Shown one piece after another: positions 24,986 through 38,600 of a stretch of DNA of 64,000 nt. Numbering within the stretch: the stretch's first letter is position 1; every line of letters begins with the position of its first letter. The position numbers and the translations under genes are program-made. Origin of the DNA: Nageia nagi (lineage: Eukaryota; Plantae; Pinophyta); assembly GCA_050084985.1 (NCBI GenBank), contig JBITNC010000001.1, forward strand, positions 41,974,001-42,038,000, given 5' to 3'. The notes under the pieces were generated by a model that searched no databases, was not told the DNA's origin, and was given only the letters and a program-made list of their open reading frames with translations.

Positions 24986-26055
24986 GTGTGCGCAATCAAT
25001 GGCGAGCAATACCATGGAGAGTGAGCACAGCTGGGAAACTAATTTTCCTGACGTGCAGAAGGCCATGAGAATTATTGGGGAAGAATGCACGTAAAATGTG
25101 GGCGAGTGCAGCTTCATTCGTCATTCCTTTGAATCGCTATAGGATGTAGAGCATCGGGTCTATTCCGTTTTTGTACTTTGCATGTAGACCGACTCTCTCG
25201 CCATCCACTGTATATGAATGTTATAGAATACCATTACTGTCATTATTGAAAGGTCTACATCTAGAAGAGATCTAAACTTTTCACATACAATGTATTGGAA
25301 TGCTAGTGGAAATTGTGAAGCCTATTGCCTACTACAAATACTATTTTGTATTAGGAAAGCACTGTTCTATGGAGAGGATTTACAAAAATCTTCTCCGTCG
25401 ATTGACTTTTGTAGATTGATATTAGAATTTAGGTGAAGTTTGTTTCAATATATGTTTTTCCAATTATTAGTAAAATCTGTGTAGAATGTGGTAGATGCCA
25501 AGAAAGTATGAAACTTATTATTTTATTATAATTTTTATTTTAAAATATTGTTTTTTATTTATATGATTAGATAATTTATCAAATGTAATTGTTATCATGT
25601 ATTTTATCTTCCTAAAATTTTACGGGAACCAAAAAATTACTTGATGAAGGTTTTATAATATATATATTTAAAATAGCTAAGTGGATGTAGATGTTCAATT
25701 TAATGTAGAGATAAGTTTGAATTTTGGGGTTCATGGAATGAAGGGTGTGTTGTACTAGTATTATTGAACATCATCAATGTGGAAGTTTTCAAACATCACC
25801 AATGTGGAAGTTGAACTTGGAACGGTAATTGAGGGTACTCTCCTAATTCTCTTAACAATAGGTGATATTAAAAATTACTTGAATATGATCAAAAAAAAAA
25901 ATTTATAAGTAATTTTAACAATAATGTCTATGAATATTAAAAAAATGTTAAAAAAATTCAATTGTATATTAGATTTTTTTTCATCCATTTAAATGTCCTA
26001 AGTTTTAATTTTAATGATAAATAAAAAAATATCCATATTATGTTAATAGTATTTT

Positions 26056-26136
26056 TGTTGTGGAACACACACAGCCCCACTAGTCAACTTACCACTAGTC
26101 TAAAGCCCCACCATTGCACCACCCCCATTGGAGTTA
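26056..26136 (-). mobile_element. Short or internally deleted SINE-like element, same family as 999-1125
   Basis: 13-bp TSD TTAATAGTATTTT (26043-26055 and 26137-26149). Shares GCCCCA.CA.T..ACCACCCCCA.TGG and ACACACAC motifs with the 999-1125 element. Confidence 0.65.
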
Positions 26137-27164
26137 TTAATAGTATTTTCTCTCCAAATTGTAAGGGTAAAAACAAGAAAGATGATGGTTATTTGAGTTA
26201 TTAATATGTAACAAAAAAAAATATTTTAATGGAATAAAATTATGGATTTATTAATATGTTTTTGTCGTTGTTATTGTTGTTGTTTTTATTTCTATTAGTA
26301 TTAGTACTACTATAACTACTACTAAGATGATGGTAATTTAATTTATAAATATGTAAATAACAAAAGAATTTATAATGGAATAAAATTATGGGTTTATTCA
26401 TATTTTATTAAATTCTTATTATCTATAATGTAAATATATATAGTTTAAATATTATATATGTCATGAATATCATTCATGTTAAGAATATGTAAAAATTAAT
26501 ATATACAATGTAAATATCATGTCTTATGAATATGATATTTTTATATAATTATCCTAAAAAATATGAAAGGATAATGATAAATTCATACAAAACTTTAAAA
26601 ATAAGATACCTTAAATTTCTAGTATAAGAATAATTATTTTCACTAACAAATACATCATACTCTTTGAAAAAATAAGAGTAATATTCTCGTATTAAAAAAT
26701 TAATGCAATTATTTTAAATAATTTAAGTAATCAACTTAATAAAAATCCACATACTTTTAAAAAGAATTAAAACATCATTACTATAAATAAATGAAATAAA
26801 ATAAAATGTTATTAATGTCCATGGTGGACCAAAAGTGACATAAGGAACTAAGCAAAGAGTATATTGAAAACTACAAGTAGGGGGACAAAAGTGTTATGCC
26901 ACAAAGAATAAATATAAGGAATGTAAAACATGTTGCACTAAAATGAGTGACATCCATAATGGGGAATTTCTTTCAAAAACATGAACCAATCTCTCCTAAC
27001 TAGATGAATCACTGTTGAATAAGTTGTTGATTTGTCTCTACCTATCACTTATCTAGAGTCCCAAAGATCTATGGGTATGTTGTTTACTGATTTTGTTAAT
27101 GTTTAGATGATATTTTGCCTATCATTTTCAACCAATATTTATATCCCTCCTCAGTCTATCATAT

Positions 27165-27490
27165 TTTGTGAAGTATATTTTGATAAGTCTATACTGTGAG
27201 GGGTGGGAGATAATTGCATGAGAGCTCATCTATCGACAAAACTAGATTGCTTCTCTGATGTAAAATCCAAAGTAATATTGGTCCTTATAACTGAAGAATG
27301 TGTATATAGAGTGTGATTCATCCTTTAAGAGGTAGTGGAATCTACCTTGAATCTCATAGTAAATTGGACAATGAAAAATAAAGTGATGCAAAGTTTTCTA
27401 CTTCCCTTAGCAAGAAAAATATACATATTCATTTTCCTTCGTTATATGGTTCTCTATCTCAATATGAAGCTAATGGGAGCACATTCAATA
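27165..27490 (+). mobile_element. Possible LINE-type RNase H-like relic within a ~1 kb insertion (26815-27820)
   Basis: Weak motifs VYFDKS, NVYIECDS and YEAN resemble RVT_3-type RNase H. Confidence 0.35.
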
Positions 27491-29199
27491 TTATCTAATG
27501 GAGAATTGTATGGCATGTATCATAGGTTGTTGGAGGTATTTAAAGGCATTACCCAACCATCTCGAATATGAAGAAAGCACTCATGATAGAAGGATAGATT
27601 GGTGGATATAAAGTTAACAAGAGAGATCCAAGTGCAATGGGTGTTATAAAGAGTGATAAATTTTTAAATACCACAAAGCATATTTTCCTTATTATTCAAT
27701 GATGGTAGTTGATGAAATTTAAGGGAATAAGGAGAAATTCAATCAATATGAATGTAAATTCTTCTTAAAAGTATACAAGTGAAGAATATTTTTTATGTAG
27801 AAGTAATATTATTCGATTTTATTTTCATTTCTTTATAGTTATTGTAAATAGTGTATATCAATTCTTATTAGTAGTAGATATTTTGGTTGAACATATAAGA
27901 GCATAATACATATACATTTATAAAGGAAATGAAGAAAACATGATATATTATGCATGCTTTTTCCATCAAACTAAGGCATGACCTCCAATTTTGAGGTTTG
28001 CAAAATATAATTTATGCTCCTAATGAATCATGCCTTGAACATAGAAATAAAATTCCAACTACTTTAGCTAATTATTTCACTTTTTCACATCAACTTCTCG
28101 TTCAAATATAGGAATACTAACTTTTACCTCTACCTTGAAAGGTAAGGAAGAATGGCCTATGCCATCTTGGTTTCTTTTATATTAATATATTTTATGGCTT
28201 GAGCAATATTTACCATATTTATCACTAGATTTATAAATCTTTGTTCATCCTCATAACCCCTTCAAACAATAAAAAATTAAAATTACACATCGTAAATAAA
28301 GTAATTGAAAAATATTATGAGCAATGATAATATTAAAATAAAAATAAATCTAATCTACTATAAATATATCATAAATCCAAAACTTGAACATCCATCCTAC
28401 ACAAATAATATTATCAATATCAAAATGGAACTTGTTCTCACAAACTTAAGAACTAATTCACATGAATTATATAGTGAAAATGGTAGACGAATAATACCTT
28501 TAACACTACATGATAAAAGAATTTAATATTTTTATAACCTAAATGCCATAGAAGATTAGTCTCATTTTCTTCTTATTCTCCCACATTATAATGATATTAG
28601 ACAAACCTATCAATATTAAACCAATATAACCAAAACAAGCTTGGTGGGTTTAAAGGATATTAAAGGATGTCATTCATGTATACATATTTTCAAAAATAAC
28701 TTTTCAAACTTCAATATTTCTTGACAAGGGTGTGGGGATTTAAATTTCAATCTTCACAATAAAAATTACCCACATTATCAATCTATCTCTTATAAGTAAA
28801 AAATATATATATATTCATATACACTTTATTAATACACCTCCCATAAGTACATTATTGTTTGATATATAAATTGTGTGATATTTCTAAACAATTATGTTAT
28901 TAAAAAAATATTTTAATTTATTTAAATTGATTAAAAAATTTTAAATTATTTTTTTATCTTGTATGTAGTATATTTTTGCAATGTATAATTTTTCATTAAT
29001 TTTCTAATATAATTTAAAAGTAATTTTAATTGATAAATATTTATTAAAATAAATATAGAGGAGCTTTATGCATCATTATGCATATCTTTAATATAACTAA
29101 TTAGGAAATAGGGAAAAGAGTATTAGGTACTAAGATGCCATTATAAAAAGATGGGTAGGAAAATTATACAATGTGTGATTTTTATTAATTTATTATTAA

Positions 29200-32100
29200 T
29201 GTTAGTCATGAGATTTATAATATAAACTCAAACAAGTTTCAACATTCAAAGGATGAAGGAATAGAATGGAACTATCATTCATAAAATCAAGACCAAAAAA
29301 TGGAGATGAATATATGAACTATACTAACTAAAATAAGAAGATTACAAATGGTGGCAATACAACCCAAACTATGATACAGTAATGGAGAAAGCAAAAAAAT
29401 CTAAGTTACAACCTAAAAATTGCTCCATACAATACCATACAATGATTAACTAAAAGAATAACTATCCTAAGTCTACCTTAATCCTAATATTCATGAAGAA
29501 TTAGTTATAATAAGAATTCTCATGTTACATAGAAATTGTAATTACAAAAGAATCTATAACTAATGCCTAAAGTATCATTCTTATAAGAACTAAAGTGCTA
29601 GTGCTAATAGAAGCATTGACATTAAATGTTTAATGGACCAGTATCATTGATAATGGTAGGGATGTTAGCAATAGTGTAAGTACTGAAGCTTACACAATAG
29701 ATCTAATAAGATCAAGTCAATCTCTAACATACTTCCACTTGATGCTAAGTGGACTCACAAGTGAGTTTCTTAGCTTCAAAACTTGAGATGTAGTGACTCC
29801 TTTTGTAAATATATATGCTATTTGGTCATGGGTGCTATAATGTCTCATCTCAATCTATATTAAATCTCTACCATGTCATGAATGAAGTGATATTTCAAAT
29901 AAAAGTGCTTTGACATACTATGATGGAATAGATTTTGTGTCAAGTGAATGACACTCAAGTTTTCATAAAATAGTAAAGTAGATCAATGTTTCTTCTCACC
30001 AATTTCCTCCAACACTTTACAGAGACACAATCCTTGAGCACCTTCTAAAGTAAGTGTTATATATTTTGATTTAGTTGAGAAGAGTGCCATTAATACTTTC
30101 TTCTTAGACCTCCTTATGATCATCTCAGATCCTAAAGAAAAATAATTTTATAAGTAGACTTCTAGTCATCCAAGTTACTACCCAAATCAAAATCAATAAA
30201 ACCAAATAGCTCAATAATCTCATATTGAAATAAATGGATCCTATAATAAAGAGTACCCTTCACATACCTTAGAATTATCTTTACAACCTCCATATGTAAC
30301 AGAGATGGGTCATTCATATACCTTGAAATCATTGAGATAACATAAGCAATATCCAACCTAGTATTGATGAAATACATAAGGCTTCTAATAATTCTCCTAA
30401 ATCTTTTAGATTTTCTTTCTCAGTCACATAATCCTTACACAACAATAAATCATAAGCAATAGGTGTAGGGAATGATTTACAACTTTCCTTGTATACTTCT
30501 TTTGTATATCAGTTGCATATTTTATTTGATAAATGAAGATTATGTCATTATTTTGATGAAATTCAATGCCAAGGAAATAGTACATCAACCCCAAATCTTT
30601 CATTTCAAATTCTTGCATCATATTAGCCTTGAATTTATCATTAAAAACATAACTACTACCAATATAAATCAAATTATCCACATACAAACACGTAAGTAGG
30701 ATGTCATTAACTTCTTTTTTTGGATATAAACTTCATCATCTATGTACCCATTCAAAAAAGCACTTTTAACATCCATATGATGTAAAATCCAACATTTATG
30801 AGAAGCCAAGAAGAGAACCATTCTAACAATCTCTTACCTTGATACAAGATCAAGTGTCTCTTCATAATCAATCCCATGTTTTTGAGTGAATTATTTAGCA
30901 ACCAATCTTGCCTTGAATATTTCAATAGTCCCATCACTATTACATTTGGCATTGTAGACCCACTTGGATCCAACACACTTATTTCCTTTGGAAAACTCAC
31001 ATAACTCCCAACTATTATTCCTAACAATGGAATTGATTTAATATTTCATAGATTATATCCACACATCATTAATATAAGCATGTTCATAGCAAGAAGGATC
31101 AAAACTAATAGTAGAAAGAAAATCATAATTTACCATGTCACCTTTGGCTTCACCATCATCTTCATCTCCATACATATGCATGTTCTCAAGTCTTTGAATA
31201 ACTTGATCCATCTATTGAGCATGCCCTCTAGTTATCCTTATTTGGAAATTGGTATCTAGAACTTGAGAAGGTGGGCAGATTTGAAGTGCCTTAGTCCCAT
31301 TTTTTGTTCTTCTTACTTCAAAGAAAATATTACATTAATTTTCATTATAATAAGGACTAGATATACTTTTATTTAGATTTTTTAACACACTTGTTCAAGG
31401 AGGACTTGGTGTAAATATAGAAGTGTTGGTGCTATTACCAGTGTTGGTGCTACTACTAGTGTTGGTGCTAGATCTAGAAGGATCAAACTACCCATAACTC
31501 TACATTCTCGACTACACACTCTGATGCATATTCTTCCCAATGAAAGAACTTGAATAACTCTCCAAACTAGTTCCATCATCAAAATAACCTTTTTAGTACT
31601 ATAGATTCCCCCTTCATCAAAAATGACATCTCTTGACATAATAATCTTCCTAGTTATGGAGTTGTAAATCCTATAGGATTTTATCTTCTCATAAGAACTA
31701 ATAAAAATATAAACCTCACTTTTTGCATCAAGCTTATTTCTTTATTTACCAACTATATGATAAAATGCATTGAACCCTAAGACTTTGAAAGTGGTTCACA
31801 TTTGGCTTCTTGTGATGCCAAGCCTCATAACGATTGAAGTTTTTCAAGCTTATTCTAGGACTTCTATTCAAAATATAAATTATTTTCGTAATAGCATCAA
31901 CCCAATACATATTTTTCAACTATTTAGTTTGCACCATGCTCCTATCCATCTCCATAATAGTCCTATTTTTTCTTTCTACAACTCATTTTTGTTGTGGGGT
32001 GTAGGCAATAGTGAGTTTTCTCTTAATCCCATGATCCCTACAAAATTAGAGGAATTCATTGGATCAAAACTCTTCACCATGGTAAATCCTTAAACATTTA

Positions 32101-32615
32101 ATTTATAATCACATGGATTCTCTTCATAATTCTTGAAATATTTAAAACACTAAAATGCTTCATTATTATGATTAAGGAAAAACACCCAACACATTCAAGA
32201 GTAATCATCAATATAGGTAAGAAAGTAAGAATTCCTACCTAAAATTAAAGTTTGCATAGGCCCACAAGTATTTGAGTGAATCAGTTGTAATGGTTATGAG
32301 ACCCTCCATGCTTCCCCTTTAGGAAAGTTCTTTCTAACATACTTCCTAAGAGCACACCCTTCAATCATAGCTTTAAAGTCCTCTAATTTAGGAAAACCAC
32401 ACACCATCTAATGATATGTTAATAATTTCATACTCCTAAAGTTCAATTTGCCAAATCTGATATGCCACAACCAAGTTTTTGTTTTTAATTTTCACTCTAT
32501 GTGCATCCATATTTGCAAGGTTTCCCCCTTTACCTAAAAAATTTAAGGAAAATAGCCTATTCTTTATCATAGGAACAATAGTGAATAACCTATTCCCATT
32601 ATTCTTGTTATTTAA
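29200..32615 (-). mobile_element. 5'-truncated degenerate Ty1/copia element (GAG-pre-INT, INT, RT, RH) with probable 3' LTR at 29200-29729
   Basis: WLWHIRFG, TPQQ..VVERKNRTIMEM, MYVDNLIY, EFEMKDLGLMYYFLGIE, TRLDIAYVISMISRYM, DQIAYIFTKG. PPT-like AAGTGGAAGTA precedes TGTTAG. Confidence 0.88.
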
Positions 32616-34357
32616 CTTAGCTAATTGGTTATATTATTTTATATTCTAATATAAATATTATTAATTATTATAACAAAATCTTTATTTTCTTAATTAATCA
32701 TCAATCTATTTTCGATATGTTCATGATTTATTTCCTATATATAGATGATAAAAATATTTAATTTTAACATAAAATGATATAAGAAATGAGTAAGAGTTCT
32801 TAATTAATCATTCAATTAGAACATTTATGAAAATTTTCAAATAAGATAGGATAGAATTTCTTTTGCATTAATTTGTAATTAAAGTAGTTTACGATGAGAC
32901 TCTAGCTAGAAAACCTAGATTTAAACCCTACTATTAATATCATAATTGGAGAGGATGAGGAAGAAATTCCACTAGAAAATGTGTTTGAAAGGAAAGGGAA
33001 ATGAAGAAATAATATCATATACAAGTTAAAATCATAAGGGTATGCTATACATGGACAAAGGTAAGATTCCAATTTCATCTCAATTACATGGGAAGTGGAA
33101 GAGAACAAGATACTCTAAATGGAAGGAGTAATTGAGTAAGAAAAATATCAACAAAATACAAACATAAATAAAATAAAGGTTTCCTCCACTATCAAAAATG
33201 ATAGCAACTTCGTAAAGTATGGTATTTCCATCCAAACTAGAGAAGAAAAGGAATTAGAAAGGAAAAGGGAGACAAAAGAGGGTATTCAAGTAATAGAATT
33301 GGGGAAATAATCTTTAGAAGAAAAACATAAAGAAGAATAGGAAGAAAAATAAGAATAAATTAGACTTGAACTAAAGAAAATCAAGCTTTTACCAAAGAAG
33401 AAATTAATTCATCTTCCCAAGCATTCAAAAATACACAATAGAATGTTATCCAAAACTATTCTTTAACAAGGCCATCCAAGTGGCCTATTCGAAGGATTGT
33501 CATTGAATCCCATGAAGGTGAAGACAACAAGGAAGAAAATATATCTTAAGTATTTTAAGAACAACTACATTAAAATATTCATTAGATTTGATGATGGAGA
33601 GGATGTTATGAAGATACACTTTGATATAGGGGTGCCAATTCAATAGAAATAGGATTTCCACTCCAAAACCTATATGAATATTTCATTTCTAATATTGAAA
33701 GTGTGATACATTTCTTTTTGTGAAATAAAATATTGTATATTGTTATGATAGATACCATATTATTTTTTACTTGTAAAAGGGTTGAAGGCCCTTTTAAAAC
33801 TCTCTCTTTTTTTAATAATATATTTACCCAATTAATTAAAACATTTATAAAAAAGGTAAGATTTTATATGATCAATGAGATCTTAACCTCTATTCTTGTC
33901 ATCTTGTTTATCAATATCTTGATCAAGTGTATTGATTTCTTTCTATATTCACCTTACATAATTCATATTAATATTTATAATTTTTTATATAACATATGAC
34001 CTTCAATGGCTTAATAAAAAATCATGAAATTTTTTAGATTATCATATTATTCATGAGATTGTTGCATCATTGTTATATGGTCTCATCAATAATGTTTATG
34101 GAGATATTTAAATATTTTTTGAATTATCATATTCAATTTTATGAATACATATTCATTTTTATATATTCACTTCAAAACTTGAAAATATAACTCAGAATAG
34201 AATCATTCATTCATTATCATATTTTCTAAGGTTAAATTCTTCAGCCACCTAATTTGATCTCTTTTATCTTAAAATTGAAGATATAAATCAAAAAGATTTT
34301 TTTAAAGGTCCATAATTAAGAAAAATAAAATATCATTTAAAAAATATCATATCTCAC

Positions 34358-34590
34358 TTTTTTTTTATTGGCCACTTCCTTTGTAGGGAGAAGAAATCAT
34401 GGAATTAGATTCTCAACCAAGGGGCAACCACATCATCAAAATCCACCTAGGGCATGATCCCGATCTGTCCGCACCTACCATCAACTTGATAGGATTTTTT
34501 GTATGTTTCAATAGGCAATGGGGAGACTTGAACCTAGGTCTCTCATTTATTTAGAGTTTCAACTACCCATCTCCAACTCACCTATCTATC
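34358..34590 (-). mobile_element. tRNA-derived SINE
   Basis: 15-19 bp TSD AATATCATATCTCAC(TTTT), poly(A) tail, A-box TAGGTGAGTTGG and B-box GGTTCAAGTCTCC on the minus strand. Confidence 0.85.
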
Positions 34591-34771
34591 AATATCATAT
34601 CTCACTTTTACTTTACATTTATTTATCATTATTTTATTGTATTGTATTAATTAATTAAATTTTATTACTTAATTAATTATAATTTTCATATTAAAAATTT
34701 TTAAATATAAATTTTAATAACATAGTTCATAGTAAATTTTTTTTAATTGTATATAAAAAAAGAAAAGGAAT

Positions 34772-35012
34772 CCCAAAGGGGATAGTGTAACGGTTTAAGC
34801 TTTGACTCTTCTATAGGAGGTTTAAAGTTTGAATATGTGGGTTTGTTCCAATGTATTATAATTTAGCTATGTTTTAGCTACACCTTAGATAGAATCATAC
34901 TTACCATCCATAGCTTCCAAGTAATGGAGGAGACATTAAAGGTTTACCCTGCTAAGGGATGTGAGGGGGTTCTTGAAACAATTTGCTTTATGATTGAACC
35001 TAAAAACAAATC
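34772..35012 (+). mobile_element. tRNA-derived SINE (different family)
   Basis: TSD AAAAA(G/T)AAAAGGAAT, A-box-like TAGTGTAACGG, degenerate B-box AGTTTGAATAT and an A-rich tail. Confidence 0.7.
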
Positions 35013-35397
35013 AAAAATAAAAGGAATATAGTATTTTGGGGAAAATTTTATTTTCATATTAACTACAATGTTTTATTTTATAAAATTATTTGCAAGTTTA
35101 CTGATCAATAATAAATTAATATTTTATTTCTTTTAACTTACATTATACTGGATTAATGGTGGGATTATGAAGGAAAACCTCTTTAAGAAATAGTTTTATA
35201 TAAAGGATTTATGTTCTTCATTAAGATTTCAATTTTAAATATAAAATAATAAAATTTTAATTATATATAAATAATATATTTCATAATAGTACTTTTTGAA
35301 TTTGTAAAATTCATTCCCAAAAAAATAATTAAATATCCCTTATAAAGATATAATATGTAAAATATTTTATTTAATGTTTTCTCAATAATAAATTATG

Positions 35398-35398
<1 letters not shown>

Positions 35399-35436
<38 letters not shown>
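35399..35436. repeat. (TA)n microsatellite
   Basis: About 19 TA units. Confidence 0.95.
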
Positions 35437-35440
<4 letters not shown>

Positions 35441-35676
35441 CTAAATTGAAATAATCTCCATCTAAAAATTGTCATATCTTTTATTAAAAAAAATATTTAA
35501 AAAGGAATATAATAATATTTATGGGGAAGAGGTGAAGTGTTGATTAGATATTTGTATTTTTTTACATTAATTCATCATAGTTGTATTATTGGATTGTTAA
35601 AAATTGAGATATAATTTTGGAATCAACCTTGAAAGAAGGCCATCCTTATAATGTAAATGTTAAAGGTAAGGAAGAG

Positions 35677-38600
35677 TGTAGACACCTAAAAATGAATTAT
35701 ATTTATTAAATAATTCATTTTAGAGCCTCAATGATGTATTATGTAAAAAGGGGTTAAATAATACCCTAAGTCATGATAAAGCTATGTAATATATCTAGTG
35801 GATCCTTGTGACATATACAAGGGGTCAAAAAGATCAAAGTTATATAAACTTGTATCCTATATAAAGGCATCAATTGATGACCTTAAGTTTCATAGGAAAA
35901 TGAATATGAGGATCCTAGAGAGATTCTAGCAATGATATGATTCTTTCATTTGCTCATCGCTACATTCTTTATTGCATCTATTATATTGCTTATTTTAATC
36001 CATCAATAGTGTACCTAATATAGAATGCCAACGATGTAAATTGAATGAATGTATCCTTATCTTTCGTGTATATTTCTCTTAATGGAATGAATATGTGATC
36101 TAACTAAGAATAAGTGTATTTCTTCTATTCGTTATTACCATATTTTAGATATAAGTGATAATAAGAAACAAGTAGATCAATAGTGCATTAATGAACCTCT
36201 ATAAACAATTATATGCATTATTTTGGGTCTACATTTTGGTGAACCCGACTATTCGATTTATCTTGCCCTACTAGTAAGATCTCATAAAATTTTGTTACAG
36301 GTTTACACTACTAGCATCATGATTCCTATTCCTAGGTCGATAGAAGTGTAGAAATGGAACCAACAGTTTCTTTCCTTGATGCAATACATGAACAAAAATA
36401 TGCTCAAGATGCAGAAAGCATTGAGTGCATTGATCGATATAGGAAGCTCAACATCTAGTCCTACTATTCAAGTTAGGACTTCTAACATCATACAACCATA
36501 AAATTTGGATGAATATGATGGCATTTTCACTTACACCCTTGAAGATGACATCCACAACTTTCCCCTACCACTCGACCACAAGGATCCCAAGTTCAAGATG
36601 TTTAGTTGCAAACAAGATTGCAAACATCTTATTAGCTTTTAGGAGGATTACTTGTTGAAGTTAGGATCAAATGAGATATTGATGGTGAAATTCTTCCTAA
36701 GGAGTTTGATAGGGGATTTTATGCAATGTTTCTATGCTCTACCAGGTAATTTGATTAATTCATTTAAAACCTTAGTCAAAGCATTCATAGGCCAATACAA
36801 GCACAATATCAAGAAGTAAAATAATGTATCCAAATTATGTGCAATTTGAAAAGGAAGGAATGAAATCCTAGAGAAGTATATTCCATGATTCAAAAAGGTA
36901 TGGTAATATATTCAAATAAAATTAAATGAATATGAAATTTATGCTATTTTTCATGAATCTATTATACCTATTCTTAATTTGCATGCTCCTAGTGCTAGAG
37001 ATATTAGTTTTGGAATATTAGTTCAACAATTATTAAAAAAAGAGAAGGCATTATTACATTTAGGTGAGCTTAAGTATGCACCTAATTCCTTTGTTAAATA
37101 AAATCAAAAAATATATGATAAGAAAGATGAAAAATCGATACATATGACAGATAGACCTACCTCTCCTCCAAAAATGCAAAGGTCTCAAACTACAAATGAG
37201 AACTCATATACATTTCTAGTACAACGACTCATTATTTTAAGGGATATAATTAAAAGAACACTTTTACATCCCCTTAAGCTCTCTTCTCAAGATCATAATA
37301 ATCCTATGGGATGCTTTGATGCCTATTGCATTTACCATCAATGAAAAGGACATGCTACAAATTTTTGCAAGATATTAGAGATAGAAATATTGGAGCTTGT
37401 TTAGAAAGGAAGGTATATAATTGATGAAAACCTTGCCAACCAAGGACCTACAATAAATATTTATTCAATGAACAAGGAGTTTTATTGTAACTTAAGAAGA
37501 GGATGCCCATGACATGTTCCAAATCTTCTTTGTACAAATTTGAAAAGCTCAATCAAGAATTGTTAGATGAATGTTCAGATTTATATATCACACCTATGGT
37601 TGATGGATGGGAAGTTAAATGAACAATGGTAGATAATGGATCAGCTATAAATGTATGCTCTAATCATTTTTTGATTCAATTGCAAGAGAAAGGTCTAGAT
37701 ATTCCTCCCTTAGAAGAAGATACTTTTAAGATTAGGGCTTATGATAGCTCATCAAAGAAACCATTAGGAATAGCTACAATCATGATTACTATAGGTTTTA
37801 GGACTATAGAAGCAAAATTTTATATTGTAGAGTCCAAACTTTCATATAACATGATTTTTGGGGGACCTTGGATTCATGATATGGATGCAATCCTTTCAAC
37901 GCTACATGGTAGATTGAAGTTTGAATTCCAAGGTGAAGTACATACAGTCATGGAAGATCCTAACCCATATGCATTATGTAATGTTGTTGCTCTTGAAGAT
38001 TTTGCCATGTTACCATCATGATATGAAATAGAACCCTTGGAATGTCCTACACTAGATACAAATAAAGAAACACAAGTTCAAATCATAGAGACAGGTATGG
38101 GAACCTACAAAATTGACAACACATACCTCTTTATGCCTAACAATTACTTGGGATGGCCTAGGATGTTAGCTGTTGAAGGCTACCAATGGAGTTCTATTCT
38201 ACCACTAGGCTATAAATGGCATGAAAATTATGACCAATATTGCTTTCCCTTGTTTGAAAAGTCAAACCAGACCTCTTCAACAGACATACCTTCATCTTCT
38301 GAATTGGGTAAGATTTTTCCCTCTTCTTTTTTTCATAAGTACATGGTTCAAAACTACAAATATAAAGGGGGGTTTATAAAAATTTGAATAAGGAATGCCT
38401 ACTTTCCTTGATACCTCTAAGACTCAAATGATCAAAATAGGTTTGGGTAATGATGGGCAAGTAAAACAGAAATGGGGTCCCATTAAGTTTATTAAAGAAT
38501 GCGATTTAATAGAATTATCATATGATATTGATGTAGATACATGGATTGATGATTCTATACCTCTTTAATTTGATTATTTTAGTATTGATGATGATATTCT

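Larger units (their letters stand above)
23030..26810. repeat. Long imperfect inverted repeat: arms ~23030-24972 and 24983-~26810, 10-nt loop GGCAATAGTA; weaker homology continues to ~28850
   Basis: Reverse-complement matches include CCCCAATAATTCTCATGGCCT/AGGCCATGAGAATTATTGGGG, TTCCACTAGCATTCCAATACATTGTAT/ATACAATGTATTGGAATGCTAGTGGAA, GACGGAGAAGATT/AATCTTCTCCGTC and GAATTTATCATTATCC/GGATAATGATAAATTC. Confidence 0.93.

Noticed and set aside
25009-25031. GAGAGTGAGCAC(AGC) in the hairpin stem resembles the 3' part of miR156/miR529
   Set aside because: Only the 3' 12 nt match miR156; the 5' TGACAGAA is absent (14/20 overall). It is not a miR156 gene and may be chance.
23030-26810. Palindrome as a sequencing or assembly fold-back artefact
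   Set aside because: The arms differ by many substitutions, indels and private insertions with TSDs, whereas an artefact would give near-identical arms.
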